Assembly: GCA_021613535.1 (NCBI GenBank)
Contig: CP075492.1
Span: 7,068,001 to 7,132,000, forward strand
Length of the DNA: 64,000 nt
Direction: 5' to 3'
Source of the DNA: Adineta vaga
Taxonomy: Eukaryota; Animalia; Rotifera
Below are positions 52,477-64,000 of this stretch, piece by piece; positions within the stretch are counted from its first letter, which is position 1, and each line of letters opens with the position of its first letter. The notes below the pieces were generated by a model. The model worked only from the letters and a program-made list of their open reading frames with translations. It searched no databases and was not told where the DNA came from. The translations under genes were made by a program, and so were the position numbers.

Positions 52477-55400
52477 CTAATTAGTATGAATATCTTTTCC
52501 AAATGATAAAAATATTTGTTCAAGTGTTGTTTGTGAAATTGTATATGTTTCAATATTTAGTTGTTCTTTATTTTCTTCGATTAATTGAAATAATTCTGCT
52601 GGTGTACTTTCTCGAATTTGAAATAAACCAGTTGTATGTGTTGTTTCTTTCACATCGATTTGATAATTTCGTTGAGATAGTAGAAATCTTTCAACTTTTT
52701 GTATACCTGTTTCAGTACTGTCACCGGTAGTTGAACGAACTTTGATTTCAACTGTATAACCTTGACCAAATTTGGATTTTAAATGTTGAATTGTACCTAA
52801 ACAAGCTAATTGCCCACGAACCATGATACCAAGACGATTACAAACACGTTCACTAGATTTAGCAAAACAAAAAATAAATGCAATGTTGATTAAAGATCTT
52901 TTTTTTTGTTACCATTCGTCCATTGAATGACTGGTTAGAATAATTGTTAATTTTGCTTTATTAGCATTCAAAAAGATTTCTTGCATTCGTTGTCGAGCAT
53001 TTGGATCAACACCAGTTGTTGGTTCATCTAAAATTGCAACTGACGGTGGTCCTTAAATACAAATAAATGTCATCCTATTTTTCTTTGCTGCTTGATTTCC
53101 CTTACCAATTAATGCTAAAGCTGCATGTAATCGACGTTTAGTTCCACCACTTAATTGATGAATATAATTATTCAAAAAAGGATCAAGTAAAAACAATGAA
53201 CTCATCGTTTCAACAATGGTTTTTGTATATGCCATTTTAACACCACGAATACGTGCTAATAGATAGAGACTATCTTGAACAGTTAAAAAATCCATATTAC
53301 AATTTTCTTGTGGACAGTAACCTAGTTGACGTATGGATCGTAGAGAACCACGAACATTTTGTCCACGTATATATGCTGTGCCTTGTGTAGAGATTAAATC
53401 ACCAATTATAATACGGAATGTTGTCGTTTTTCCAGCACCCTATTCAAATCAATAAAAACGATTTTCTTTCAAAAAATATTGTGTCTATTTACATTATAGC
53501 CAAGTAAACCAAATAGTTCACCACGTTTTGCACCAAATGTTAAATGATTTACTGCTAAAACTTTCCGTCTTGGATAATATTTAACCAGATCATGGACTGT
53601 TAAATAATCCATACGTTCATTAGCGTTATTAGATACATTTGTTTGTAACTCTAATAATCGAGAACGTTCAGCTAGAACATCATCATCATCAAGTGTATTT
53701 TCATCAAAATTTGGTGTACATGATGGTGAAAATTTTAATAGACCACTATCAATTATTATCACCAATAATAATAGAACTAGTATATGTAAGATAAAAATCA
53801 AATAATTCCATTCAATTGCACCATTCTCCATCATTTTATTATGAAACAATTTGCGTAATTTGAAGATATATGCTTGACAAGTAGGATTATTTTTCGATAA
53901 AATATCTGTAATTATAATTTGTGCATTGATACTTGGAAATATGATATTGCATAACCAATAGACTAACTTTGGAATAGATGAATTCTTCATAAACGCTATT
54001 GTTGTAGTAGTAATCATACTTATGACATGAAGAATTACAAGTATCAAATTTATGAGCATACCACCCTGAAAAAATAGAAATAAATGTCATAATCATGTTA
54101 TAGTCTAAATAAAATCTTGAAATTGAATTCAATGAAGTGTAAGACAACCCACAACTCACTATATCGAAAAAAAACCTTCAAGATTACAAATACATACATT
54201 TATATCATTTTTAAAGATTTTCGTTAATAGATAAGTGAATGGTAACGTTGGTAATATAATTAATATTGTTAATGGATAAAATTTTATTCGTAAATTCCAT
54301 GGATTAAGAAATTCTGTTCGAAATAATTTTTCCATTCCAGATTGCTCGCGTGATACAACATTAAAAGTACTATAAAATATACAGAAAACTGCAAGTAAAT
54401 AACTAAACCATATGATGGAAATGACTATATCGAAAAGATAAGTAAAGATCCAATACAATGCTGGACTATAATGAAAAAAAAAGTTGAATACCAAATGAAG
54501 AAAAAGTTGATCAACTTACTGCAAACCACTGATGTTAATCAATGATAAGAAGCTATCTCTTCGTTCGCTGATTAGAAACACAGATACATAGAAGAATAAA
54601 ATGTAAAACATAACTCTAAAAAACGAAATTTTTAAAATTATTACTCGATATTATTTCATAAAACTTACATATCAACGAATAATGTTATCGGTAAGAATTT
54701 CAAATGACATGAAAATATACTAAGATAATTCAATTTAGTATCTAAATTTAGTTCGGTTGTAAAATTTTCTGTTTTTTGAAAGATTAGTGTTGTTTGAATT
54801 GATGCATCTGTATCATTCAATGCATATTTATAGAAGATATTTGATGCCAATGAAAGAATTTCATAACCAGATATTAAATTCGATGATAAGACTTGAATTT
54901 TATATTTATTTCTTACAATTGGTTTTAGAATCTTAATACCAAGATAAATATCTGTATAAGTATATGGTCGATCGATTCGTCTTCCTAAAAAAAGATGAAT
55001 AAAAAGATGAATTTTTTATTTAAATAATATTTCACTTACGTAAAATATCTTCATTCATTTGAGATAGATTTCCTATTTGAGTTTGTTCAAGTTTTGCACC
55101 ATTAATAGATGCACGAAAATATTTTTCCATGATTGAATCAGAATGATATAGAATTGTTTGAGGATTCAATAAATTAACATTCATTTGAAAGATTCCAGCT
55201 TTATTTCGATCCTTCAATGTCATATTTGTTAATAGATGGTACAAAATCGGTATTAATAAAATAATCAATGTTAATACCCAACGTCGAGAACGTACACGTA
55301 ATGTTTTGATTAATAAACCATAATATTGATGTAAATAATATCGAATACCAGTAGAAATATGTTGATTATCAAATACACGACGACATTGTTGTTCTAAAAA

Positions 55401-58400
55401 ATGATTCGAAAACTTTCACAAACTATAATGAACTACAAACCTATTGTTTCAGTATTGATTGGTATTGATTCGGATTCATTTTCAATATTTGTATTGCTTG
55501 TTATTTTGAGAAAAACATCATCCATTGTACTATTCTGAACTCCATAGTTTTTTATCTGATTTTCCTTTTTCATTGTTTCGAGTTGATGTAATGCTTGTAC
55601 AAATTGTTCAGTTGGCTGTTGATTTGTACGAAAAATAACATCACCATCGAAGATATCAGTTTCAATAGTTAGTTTTGGTAAATAGTGACGTAAGCTATTC
55701 ATGATGTAATTTGTAGAAAAATTATTTTGTTTATTGATAATTAATTTATAACCTAAATTAAACGAGTTGTTCATACTTCCCGTTGATACACATAAGATAC
55801 TTTACCTAGCCCATAATCTTCTTTCAATTTTGTAGATGTTCCATCAACTTTAATATGTCCATCAGAAATAATCATAATACGGTCGGATAAAGCATCACTT
55901 TCTTCCATAAAATGTGTTGTTAAAAGAAGTGTTTTGCCTTCTTTCATTGTACGTAACCAGTCCCATAATAAACGTCGATTTGATGGATCAAGTCCACTCG
56001 ATGGCTATTCGTGTACAAAAATTAATTTTTAATCAAATATAAAACATAACTGATAATTACCTCATCAAGGAGAATTACTTTTGTATCTCCAATGAACGCA
56101 CAAGCTAATGATAAACGTCTTTTCATTCCACCCGATAATGCTTTGCAATAGAGATCTTTCGATCTGTATAAATCCATGATATGAAGCATTTCATTAGCGA
56201 TTTTTTCTTTATTTTTTTCAAAACCACGAGCAACTGCATAGAATTCTAACTGTTCTTTAATTGTTAATAAATCAAAAAGAATATCATGTTGAGGACAATA
56301 ACCGATTGATTTTCGTAACATTTCCATATTTGTTCGTGTATCACAGTTTACACCTTCGTCATTTTCAATTGTTATTGTACCCGACGTTTGTTTGTATATA
56401 CCAATTAAACAATTAAAAATCGTAGTTTTACCTGAACCATTCGGGCCAAGTAATGATGTTATTTGATTTTCATATAAATCAAACGAAACATTATGAACAG
56501 CTATTTTATCTGGACCAAATTTTTTCACTAGATTATTAACATGAACAATCGCTGTACCATTGGAATTTCTTCTTGAAAGTAAGAATTCATCACGATTAAG
56601 TGATGCTGGTGTAAAATGATTACGTTTTTCAGCTTGCCAATAGTTTCGTTGAAAGAGAAAATTCCAATCAAGTGGAATTCCATATTCACCTGGATATATT
56701 TTTTCAAAATACCAAGATAAGAGCCAGTAGAAAGCACAACTGAACATCATAATGATCAAGACACAAAAGTAAGACGGTACACCACGATAGATTTCTTGAA
56801 ATAATGATATATCTCTTTTCGCAAACTCATTTAAAACAGCTTGCTAAATAAAGAAAATCATTATCTTCATATTTTGCTATCTAACAATTTCATTTCTTAC
56901 TTGAAAAAGTGAATATTGAGCAAAATGAGGAATTAAAAATATTAGAAGATATTGAATTCCTTTTGGCCAGTAGATAACATTTGAGTAAATAGATGACGAT
57001 AGAACGTAAATGAAAAAAATCGTTAATTCTGCACGAACATTTCTATCAAATAATTGTGCAATCAAAATACAGAATGAAATTAATTGTAAACTATATATGA
57101 AATAACTTAGAAAAAGAAAACCAAAATTAACGTTAAGAAAATATCCATATGGTTGTTGTTTCAATGCAAAACATAGGAGTAAGATTAAAATACCAAGGAT
57201 AATCAATGTACTATGTAAGAAAACAAAATATCGATTATTAATAGAGAAGATTGTTTTCTTTTACCGAATAGCATGTGCAAAATTATTTAGAATTGATTGT
57301 ATTCCAAGTACTTTGAGAATTTCTTTAACTTTAGCATTCTTCTCTTGAATTAGATTGGTTAGAAGCATGATATATCTAATCAATAAACAAATAAATTAAT
57401 CTATTCAATCGCCATTTTTCTGCACTTACGGAATTAGAAAGATGAAATCAATGAGAAATTTCATAAAACCCAAAAATTCTCCTTCTATAAGAGATAAAAA
57501 AAACTGTTATGAAATTCAATTCAATTTTCATATACCAGAAAGTATATTCGAACGAATTGATGTACAAATCATCGGAGTTTTTTCAATTTCATATTCAATC
57601 TTTACATTCGTTTGAAAGCCAATAAGTAATGAATCAATGAAGATTTTTACGTCTGCAAAAACTGGAAAATTCGAACCACGATTTAGCTCATCGAATCGAT
57701 CAGCAACACGTGCTAAATGATTTCATTTCAAAATAATCAAACTAGAAAAACAAACGACTCACTCGGATGTGAAAACGATTTGAATGACATATCAATTGGT
57801 TCGTTTCTCGGCATTTTATGTGGTCGTTCAGTAATAATATTATCTGAAGATAATCATTAATTCGTTTCATAGTCAGAAAACTTTTTGAATTCCTGTTGTT
57901 ATTGATATCTATACTCACAAGCAATATTTCTTTTCTTTTTAAGATCATTTGTTGAATCAAAAAAATCAATAATAATTAAATTGTGTTTCTCTCCCTGTAA
58001 TAAACGACTGATGTTTTCACGGTTTATATTTTCACTCCTATAGAAAATATGTTTTTTTTTGTATTCATTTCTTTTAGATTGGAATGTCAAATAAACTTAC
58101 CAGACATTTATATTATTGCAATTCATGTCTTGAAAACGTTTTTTAGTACGTTTAACCAATTCTTTCGTTTCATTTGTCATTGGATGGAAAACAAGATTTA
58201 CTGTATCCGGATTTCTATTGAGTTCATATGAATTCCATCTATTTCCTCGATAAACTGATGGAAATTGAAAACATTTCGTAAATAAATCATTTGATAAAGT
58301 TGTTGGAGGATTGACATTTTGTGAACATGGTTGACGATTTACTAATTCTGATACTCCATTAAGCGTTGGATTGCCTTTCGTTTCAAGATAACTGACTGAC

Positions 58401-58624
58401 CAATGTGTTAAAACTAGTAATGCAATTAATATAATTGGAAATAATAGTTCACAAAGTATCGTTGGACAACATTTACAACATCGTTTTCGATAAGAATAAC
58501 GAAATGAACGTTGAAGCAATAAATTTATCTTTCGAGTGGAACGAACAGGTGAATATTCACCTTTTGTTAGTTTTCGACACGATGGATTAGATTCATTTGG
58601 GATCTGTTCCATTGGATTCATCAT
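52477..58624 (-). CDS. ABCA-family full transporter, many exons
   Basis: Two NBDs: GPNGSGKTT/GYCPQ/LSGGMKRRL/LDE and GYNGAGKTT/LSGGTKRRL/LDEPTTGVDP; C-terminus TTLEQIFL; two TM domains. Confidence 0.95.
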
Positions 58625-59090
58625 TAGAGTTTTGTTTGAATTATACAAGTGCACGCTTATTGCGAACTGAAAGATAAAAACAAATACCATGACATTTATA
58701 GAATAAATATTATATGTGATTGCTATCGATGGGATTTTCCCAGCGATAGATGTTTTCATATTATGCTTTCAGAGACTAACCCTTTGTAAGCTTAAAGACA
58801 ACCGTAGTCATTATCCTTATCTCTTATAAATTTCTCGGGAAATTCCCATGCTGTGTACGTGATAACGCAAAAGCATTACCTTATCATCATAATTATCTTA
58901 TCTGAAAGGAAAACATAAAGACACGATAATATTTATATTTACTTCTGTGCTTTTCTGTCAATCAAATTAGAAAACACAATTAATTCAAATATTAACAATC
59001 TATGACAAACATACATATAAAAATAGAACTATGATAAGAGTTTTAAAAAAAATGAAAACTGAAGCAAAATATATAAAAGAAATTTTTCAT

Positions 59091-59136
59091 AATTTACGAG
59101 CTTTCGATGCTAATCATACATCATCATCAGGTAATT
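59091..59136 (-). ncRNA. Minimal type I hammerhead ribozyme (Penelope-type)
   Basis: Minus strand reads aauuac-CUGAUGA-U-GAUG(uaugauuag)CAUC-GAAA-GC-UC-guaaauu: stem I uuac/guaa, stem II GAUG/CAUC, palindromic AGCU stem III. Confidence 0.8.
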
Positions 59137-59700
59137 AACGCTAAAGAGATTTATTGATATATTAAGACAATTATAATAAATAAAATGTAATGAAATGATA
59201 GTTAAATTTGGTTAAAAAATAGATGTTTTAAATGAAATATCATTGATGGCAATATTTTTCATTTTTCTTGATATTATATTTCTTCCTTTTAGATTATTAA
59301 TAAAATTATCTCCAATTGTTCTGTTTCTTTTAAATAATTTATTTAATAATCTGCTGTATATAAAAGATTCATGACCCAAGTAAGTTACTACAATGTTAAT
59401 CTTGTCATTATCTTTATTGTTATTATTGATGTTATTATTGAAATTATTAAGATTATTATCATTAATATGACTGATGTTGTTATTAATATTGTTAAGATGA
59501 TTAAGGATATCTAGATTATTATTGAAATTATTATTATTGTTAAATTGATTAAAATTATTAGGATCGTTGTCTGATTCATTATTATTATTCGAATGATTAA
59601 AAATATTCATACTGTTATCAATGTTATTGTCATTTGAACGATTAAGAATATTTGGATTGTTTTTCATATTATTGTTGTTTTTGTTATGGTACTTGTTACA
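59091..59700 (-). mobile_element. Penelope-like retroelement relic (Asn-rich ORF fragment plus downstream hammerhead)
   Basis: Asn-rich ORF 59212-59667 ending [23 protein letters not shown], resembling the PLE post-RT linker, on the same strand and just upstream of the hammerhead. No RT or GIY-YIG core is visible. Confidence 0.6.
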
Positions 59701-60714
59701 GGCGACACCTATCTCTTCATATTCTAGTCTTCTCTTTCTTTTCCTTGATCTCGTCTTTCATCTTTCTCTCGACCTAGATCTTTTCTTTTGATGATGTCAT
59801 CTATTTCTTCTCTTTATTCGTGATATATGGGCATTCACTTTTCTTTGTGTGATTATATATATATACATGCTTTTCTTAGTAAAGTGTTAGAGAAGAGAGT
59901 GCATGCGTGTAATTAAGAACTAAACAAAGCATAGAATTCACCTTCTCATTTTATAAAGTAAATATGATACAATGAATGTTAGAATCTATTTCAATATATT
60001 CATTCTTTTATTCACACGAATGTTTGATGATATTTTCGAATTTATTAAGAACATTTGCAACAGGCGATGGTTTATATCATGTATTGGCACAATTCCACCA
60101 GCCAAAGAAAAGACGAACGAGATTTGAATAGGAAATGATGACAAAAAACATTGAGAAATTCATTTTAGTTTTCTAAAAAAACGTGACAATTTAATCAACC
60201 GTTTTCTTATGTTAAAAATTGCCATATATACAGTAAAATAACTAATATGTTCTCAGTTCATTATTTAAGTTTGAACACTCGATATTCTCATTATTCGTTG
60301 TCAAAATAGCTCTTCAACTGTTTCTGAAACATTGAAGATCATTTAAATTGTACAGACATACATTTCTAGGATTTCAAAATTTTACTTACACTATTTTGTC
60401 AAACGTATGATATTTATATGCATGCCTATTAAGCAATTTTCCTTTTATTATTATAGATTATTTTTTATCTTATACCTATGATAAGCAAACACAAAAATTT
60501 TCTTTTTTTTCTAATACAAGATTTTGATTGCTTGTATACAGATAACTTATTAACTTTAGCACAATTAATTCGTGTACTTTCTCGCGTAAAATTGTGTGTC
60601 ACTCGTTCTAAACATTCATGTGTAATATAAAGATTGACATTTTTTGATAGATGCGTCTTCGTATCAGTGAGAAATTGTTCTATATAATCATCATGAACAT
60701 ACGTAGGATATCTT

Positions 60715-61155
60715 AGCGACGGATTCGACTTTTTCCAGGATTTATTCGTTTTGTTATGCGTTCCAACTGAGATCTCACTCGTTCCAAGTAGAACTCGATG
60801 AGCTCTATCGATTCCAAAAAAGAAAAATTCAAAAACTCACTTTCTTACCCCCAAAAAAACCCCAAAACTGCGAAAAAACAGCAAAAAAACGTCGAATTTC
60901 GAGAAAATCCGTGGACGATTCGCCTTGAGACCTATTCCAAGAATTAAAACAATGATTCCAGATGTAACTCGATGAGCCCTATCGATTCCAATCATCAGAT
61001 TTCCGATAGGTCACTTCCTTGATTTCCAAAAACCTGAAAAACCACCCAAATTTGCTGAAAACCCTAGAAAAACCTCTGGCGATTCGCCGGGAGATCAGCT
61101 AAGAAGATTATGACAATGGTTCCAGATGTAACTCGATGAGATCTATCGATTTCAC
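60715..61155. repeat. Degenerate tandem repeat, about 165-175 bp x ~3
   Basis: aactcgatgagNtctatcgatt-like motif at about 60792, 60966 and 61130; gattcg motif at about 60722, 60917 and 61081. Confidence 0.8.
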
Positions 61156-62129
61156 ACTTGATTAAGGAATTTTGAACATTTGATTGCCAAGAACCAGATT
61201 AATCACTGTATTCACAGTATATTAGGGTTTCTAACGAAAATCTGAAACAAAACGTATGTGTACATTTTAGTTTTGTGAGCAAGGCGACATGTACATTTTG
61301 TTTTTGTAAGCGAAATATATCAGTGTACATATGCACACATGAAATTTAATTTGATGTAGAAAACGAAAAATAATAGATTGTCTATGTTTTTCTTTTGAAA
61401 ATGAATGACACGGTACTAGATGAACGAATAAACAACAAATGCATGTAGAGGTATCTATCGGACATACATATATACTTCAACGCAATGTGAAGAAGTAACA
61501 TAATAGGAGAACGTTCAAGTTTTCCTTTCATAAAAATATCAATCGGTACTAAATAAACGATAAACAAAAAATAACTCCCGTTTAATGCATTTAAAAGGAT
61601 ATTTCATATGAGAATACAGCATCTGATCACAGAAAGGCAAAAATGGTTCTCTACTGTTTCACCAAAATGAAAACAATAAAATGCAATTCATCGTGATTAT
61701 CTTCATGTTGGTCACTATGCATGTCAATATGATCCGAACAAAGCCAAATTGAATCTGTTGTAATTATTAATTTTACGATAAGTTCAGCCCATAAAGAGGA
61801 TTAAATATCATAATCAATATTTAGTCACCATGAGTTTTTTCAAGTTGATCGGCACGATCTCCTAGACAAGTCATGCAGCGACTATTTGTTGAACAGAGAT
61901 TAACGACCAGATAGTTTTCTTTTTTTCGTTAGAAGTAGATATCTTTTCGTAGCAATGAATAAAAGAACGATGAAATCAAAATACTTTTGTTGATGCAGAT
62001 TCAGTTTCAAATGGTATGTATCTTATTAATGAAATTTGTTCCGAATACAAACAATTATTTATACACGATGTATATCTACTCTACCTACTCACAGGATTGG
62101 ATGAGTAGTACAATAAAAATTCAATTGTT

Positions 62130-63020
62130 CGTGGCAACCTTATACGTGACTATCGGTTCTTGGTCGAATTCGAATGAGATCAGAAATATTTCAGAAAGAA
62201 GGAGGAAAAATTGCATTGTCAATGTGTGTCCGAAGAATGTAATCTGTTAACTTGAGAAAACAGTAATTGGCACCACTAAGTTTTTCAGTAATATCACAAA
62301 ATGCTGTCTGAATTTTTTGATGTGGTAATAAAGGCAGGGATAATACGTTTGCTATTTGGCGATGTGCTTCATTACCCTCGGAATATGCGATTACACCTTT
62401 CTTTTTTTATTTGTCGCCAAATATTTTGGTCAAAATAGAATTGACGTCCTTTTATATTTGCTCTTATAATAGTTTTTCAAAAATACATTTTAAATCATCA
62501 TCTTGAAATCGATTAATATTGATTGTGGAGCTAGAAAGATTTGATTATTTGAGCATAAACAATCAACTCAGCCAAAAGCCATGATACTATCAATGTTTTT
62601 GTAGGGAAAGCAGCATGAACAATAGGTTTCATGCTGAAATCATCCCATATATGTATGCTATAACTTTGGTAGAATAATCGAGGAGCAGTTCTAAAGCTTC
62701 CATTGCAATTTCAGTGTTGATTTGATTCAAGTACTTGAAGACTAATAAGCGAAGAAAACCCAAATATTGATCGAACGCGTTATCACAGAATAAGAAACTT
62801 TTATCTGTTGAAGTTCGACCAAGTGAGTAAGGCACCACGATCGCAGATAATGTCTTCGAAATTCCTGGTTATATCGACGAGCGATATTCATATAAAGAAG
62901 ATTTCACACGATCAAATACAAAAATTGTACCGGCATTGTCATTGTCACGTCTGAATTTTTTCGCTTGTTTATCGTATAACATAGAAACTGGTGCTGCTTG
63001 TTCTTTATCGATTCTTTGTT
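62130..63020 (-). pseudogene. Decayed Mutator-like (MULE) transposase
   Basis: Fragments KSSLYEYR, PQSILIDF, IKGRQFYFDQNIWRQIK (cf. GCxFHFxQxIWR), LSLPLLP, FPPSF*N, RPRTDSHV*GCH; many stops and frameshifts. Confidence 0.8.
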
Positions 63021-63373
63021 TGAAAGATTAAACACGTTCATATCTACTCAATAAATAAAAGAAGAAATCGCTAGATATATTCAAATCAGCATACAGAAAC
63101 TTACAACAAACGAATACTAAAACAGCCATTAATCGATAAAAACAACTTGGAAAGTACTTGATAACAAATATCATATTTTTTAAATCATATTTCTCTAAAT
63201 AATATGTTATTTTAATTATTGCGACACACTATATCCAATAAAGTATTACTCATTTAATCAAAACGAAACGCACAATTTCAACTAATCACATTCTATATTC
63301 CATTCATCCCTATGATCAATAAACGAATATAAATGAAAAGAATTTCTAAATAGTCACCCAGAAATAGTATATC

Positions 63374-63801
63374 GGGGGGAAAAGCGGATCCTCATAGATC
63401 CTAGGATCCAGAAGGAACCATGATATCCAAGAGGATGCAGTACGATTCACAAGGATCTCCTAGCATCCATCAAAATCTGGTAGGAGCTATCAAGATCCAT
63501 AAAGAGCTAATTCACTCGAATTTGTTTTTCAACTAAATATTTGAATTAACTATAGAGTTATCGATGGTAAACACAAAGTAAAGGAGAGATGATAAAAATT
63601 GAATGAATTTCACTAGATTTAGATATTTTATCCAATAAATTCTAGGGAGAGAAAAGCAAACTATGAATCCCATAAAGTTTTCGGATCTTTATAAACTCTC
63701 ATGGATTTTCACAACTCGTAGGATCCGTGAGGATCCATGCGGAGCTGTAACGATCCAAAAATCTTGGAGGATTCAGGGATCCAGGATCCGCTCTTCTCCC
63801 C
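63374..63801. mobile_element. GGATCC-rich MITE-like element
   Basis: Left end ggggggaaaagcggatcct versus right-end reverse complement ggggagaagagcggatcct; many ggatcc subrepeats; a second left-end-like copy at about 63645. Confidence 0.65.
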
Positions 63802-64000
63802 TTCTACTAAGTATAATTTTTTACTCAGAAAAAGTTAAGTCGTCATACTCATTGTGATTATATCCTTTTTATTTCTTATATAATATCATATATAAAACTC
63901 TTCAACATTCCGATACAACACTCTTTTTTTTCCACATTTCTCAATTTGAATAAAAATAAGTTTTATGTCAATTTTTCTTCATTTATAATTATTCCATATT

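Noticed and set aside
57742-58231. Broken ORFs at the 5' part of ABCA suggesting pseudogenisation
   Set aside because: The junctions I checked here resolve into GT-AG introns with the frame maintained.
60715-61155. Repeated palindromic motif with variable spacers, CRISPR-like at first glance
   Set aside because: Eukaryotic context, period of about 170 bp, spacers related to each other, no cas genes.

Overview
AT-rich eukaryotic genomic DNA with compact genes and mostly 50-70 nt GT-AG introns. The ART-TPR, F-box/LRR-like and orphan GPCR families, the likely foreign genes and the TGTGGG repeats point to a bdelloid rotifer (Adineta/Rotaria-like); this is an inference. About 1-18.5 kb is a conserved housekeeping block: an Xaa-Pro aminopeptidase, then nine co-oriented minus-strand genes (USB1, PIGBOS1-like, an 87-aa TM protein, NLE1, XPR1, PIGU, sulfiredoxin, POP7/Rpp20, PP2C-like), then a divergent CUL1. 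Five stop-to-ATG gaps in this run are only 30-88 bp, and most end in a splice-acceptor-like pyrimidine tract plus AG at or near the ATG, which suggests trans-spliced eukaryotic operons. About 19-41 kb is accessory: an RBR ligase pseudogene, an intronless fungal-type GH3 beta-glucosidase, a bacterial-like hypothetical, a mucin-like gene, a disrupted toxin-type ART-TPR gene, an F-box/LRR-like gene, a GPCR, a gene carrying an in-frame 118-bp MITE, and a microbial-type glycosyltransferase. About 41-59 kb holds a GPCR, SLC25A51, KLF10/11, a PAR-bZIP, a Tudor protein and an ABCA transporter. The last 5 kb is transposon debris: a Penelope-like relic with a minimal hammerhead ribozyme, ~165-175 bp tandem repeats, a decayed MULE transposase and a GGATCC-rich MITE. 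Exon structures were read by eye and no database searches were run.
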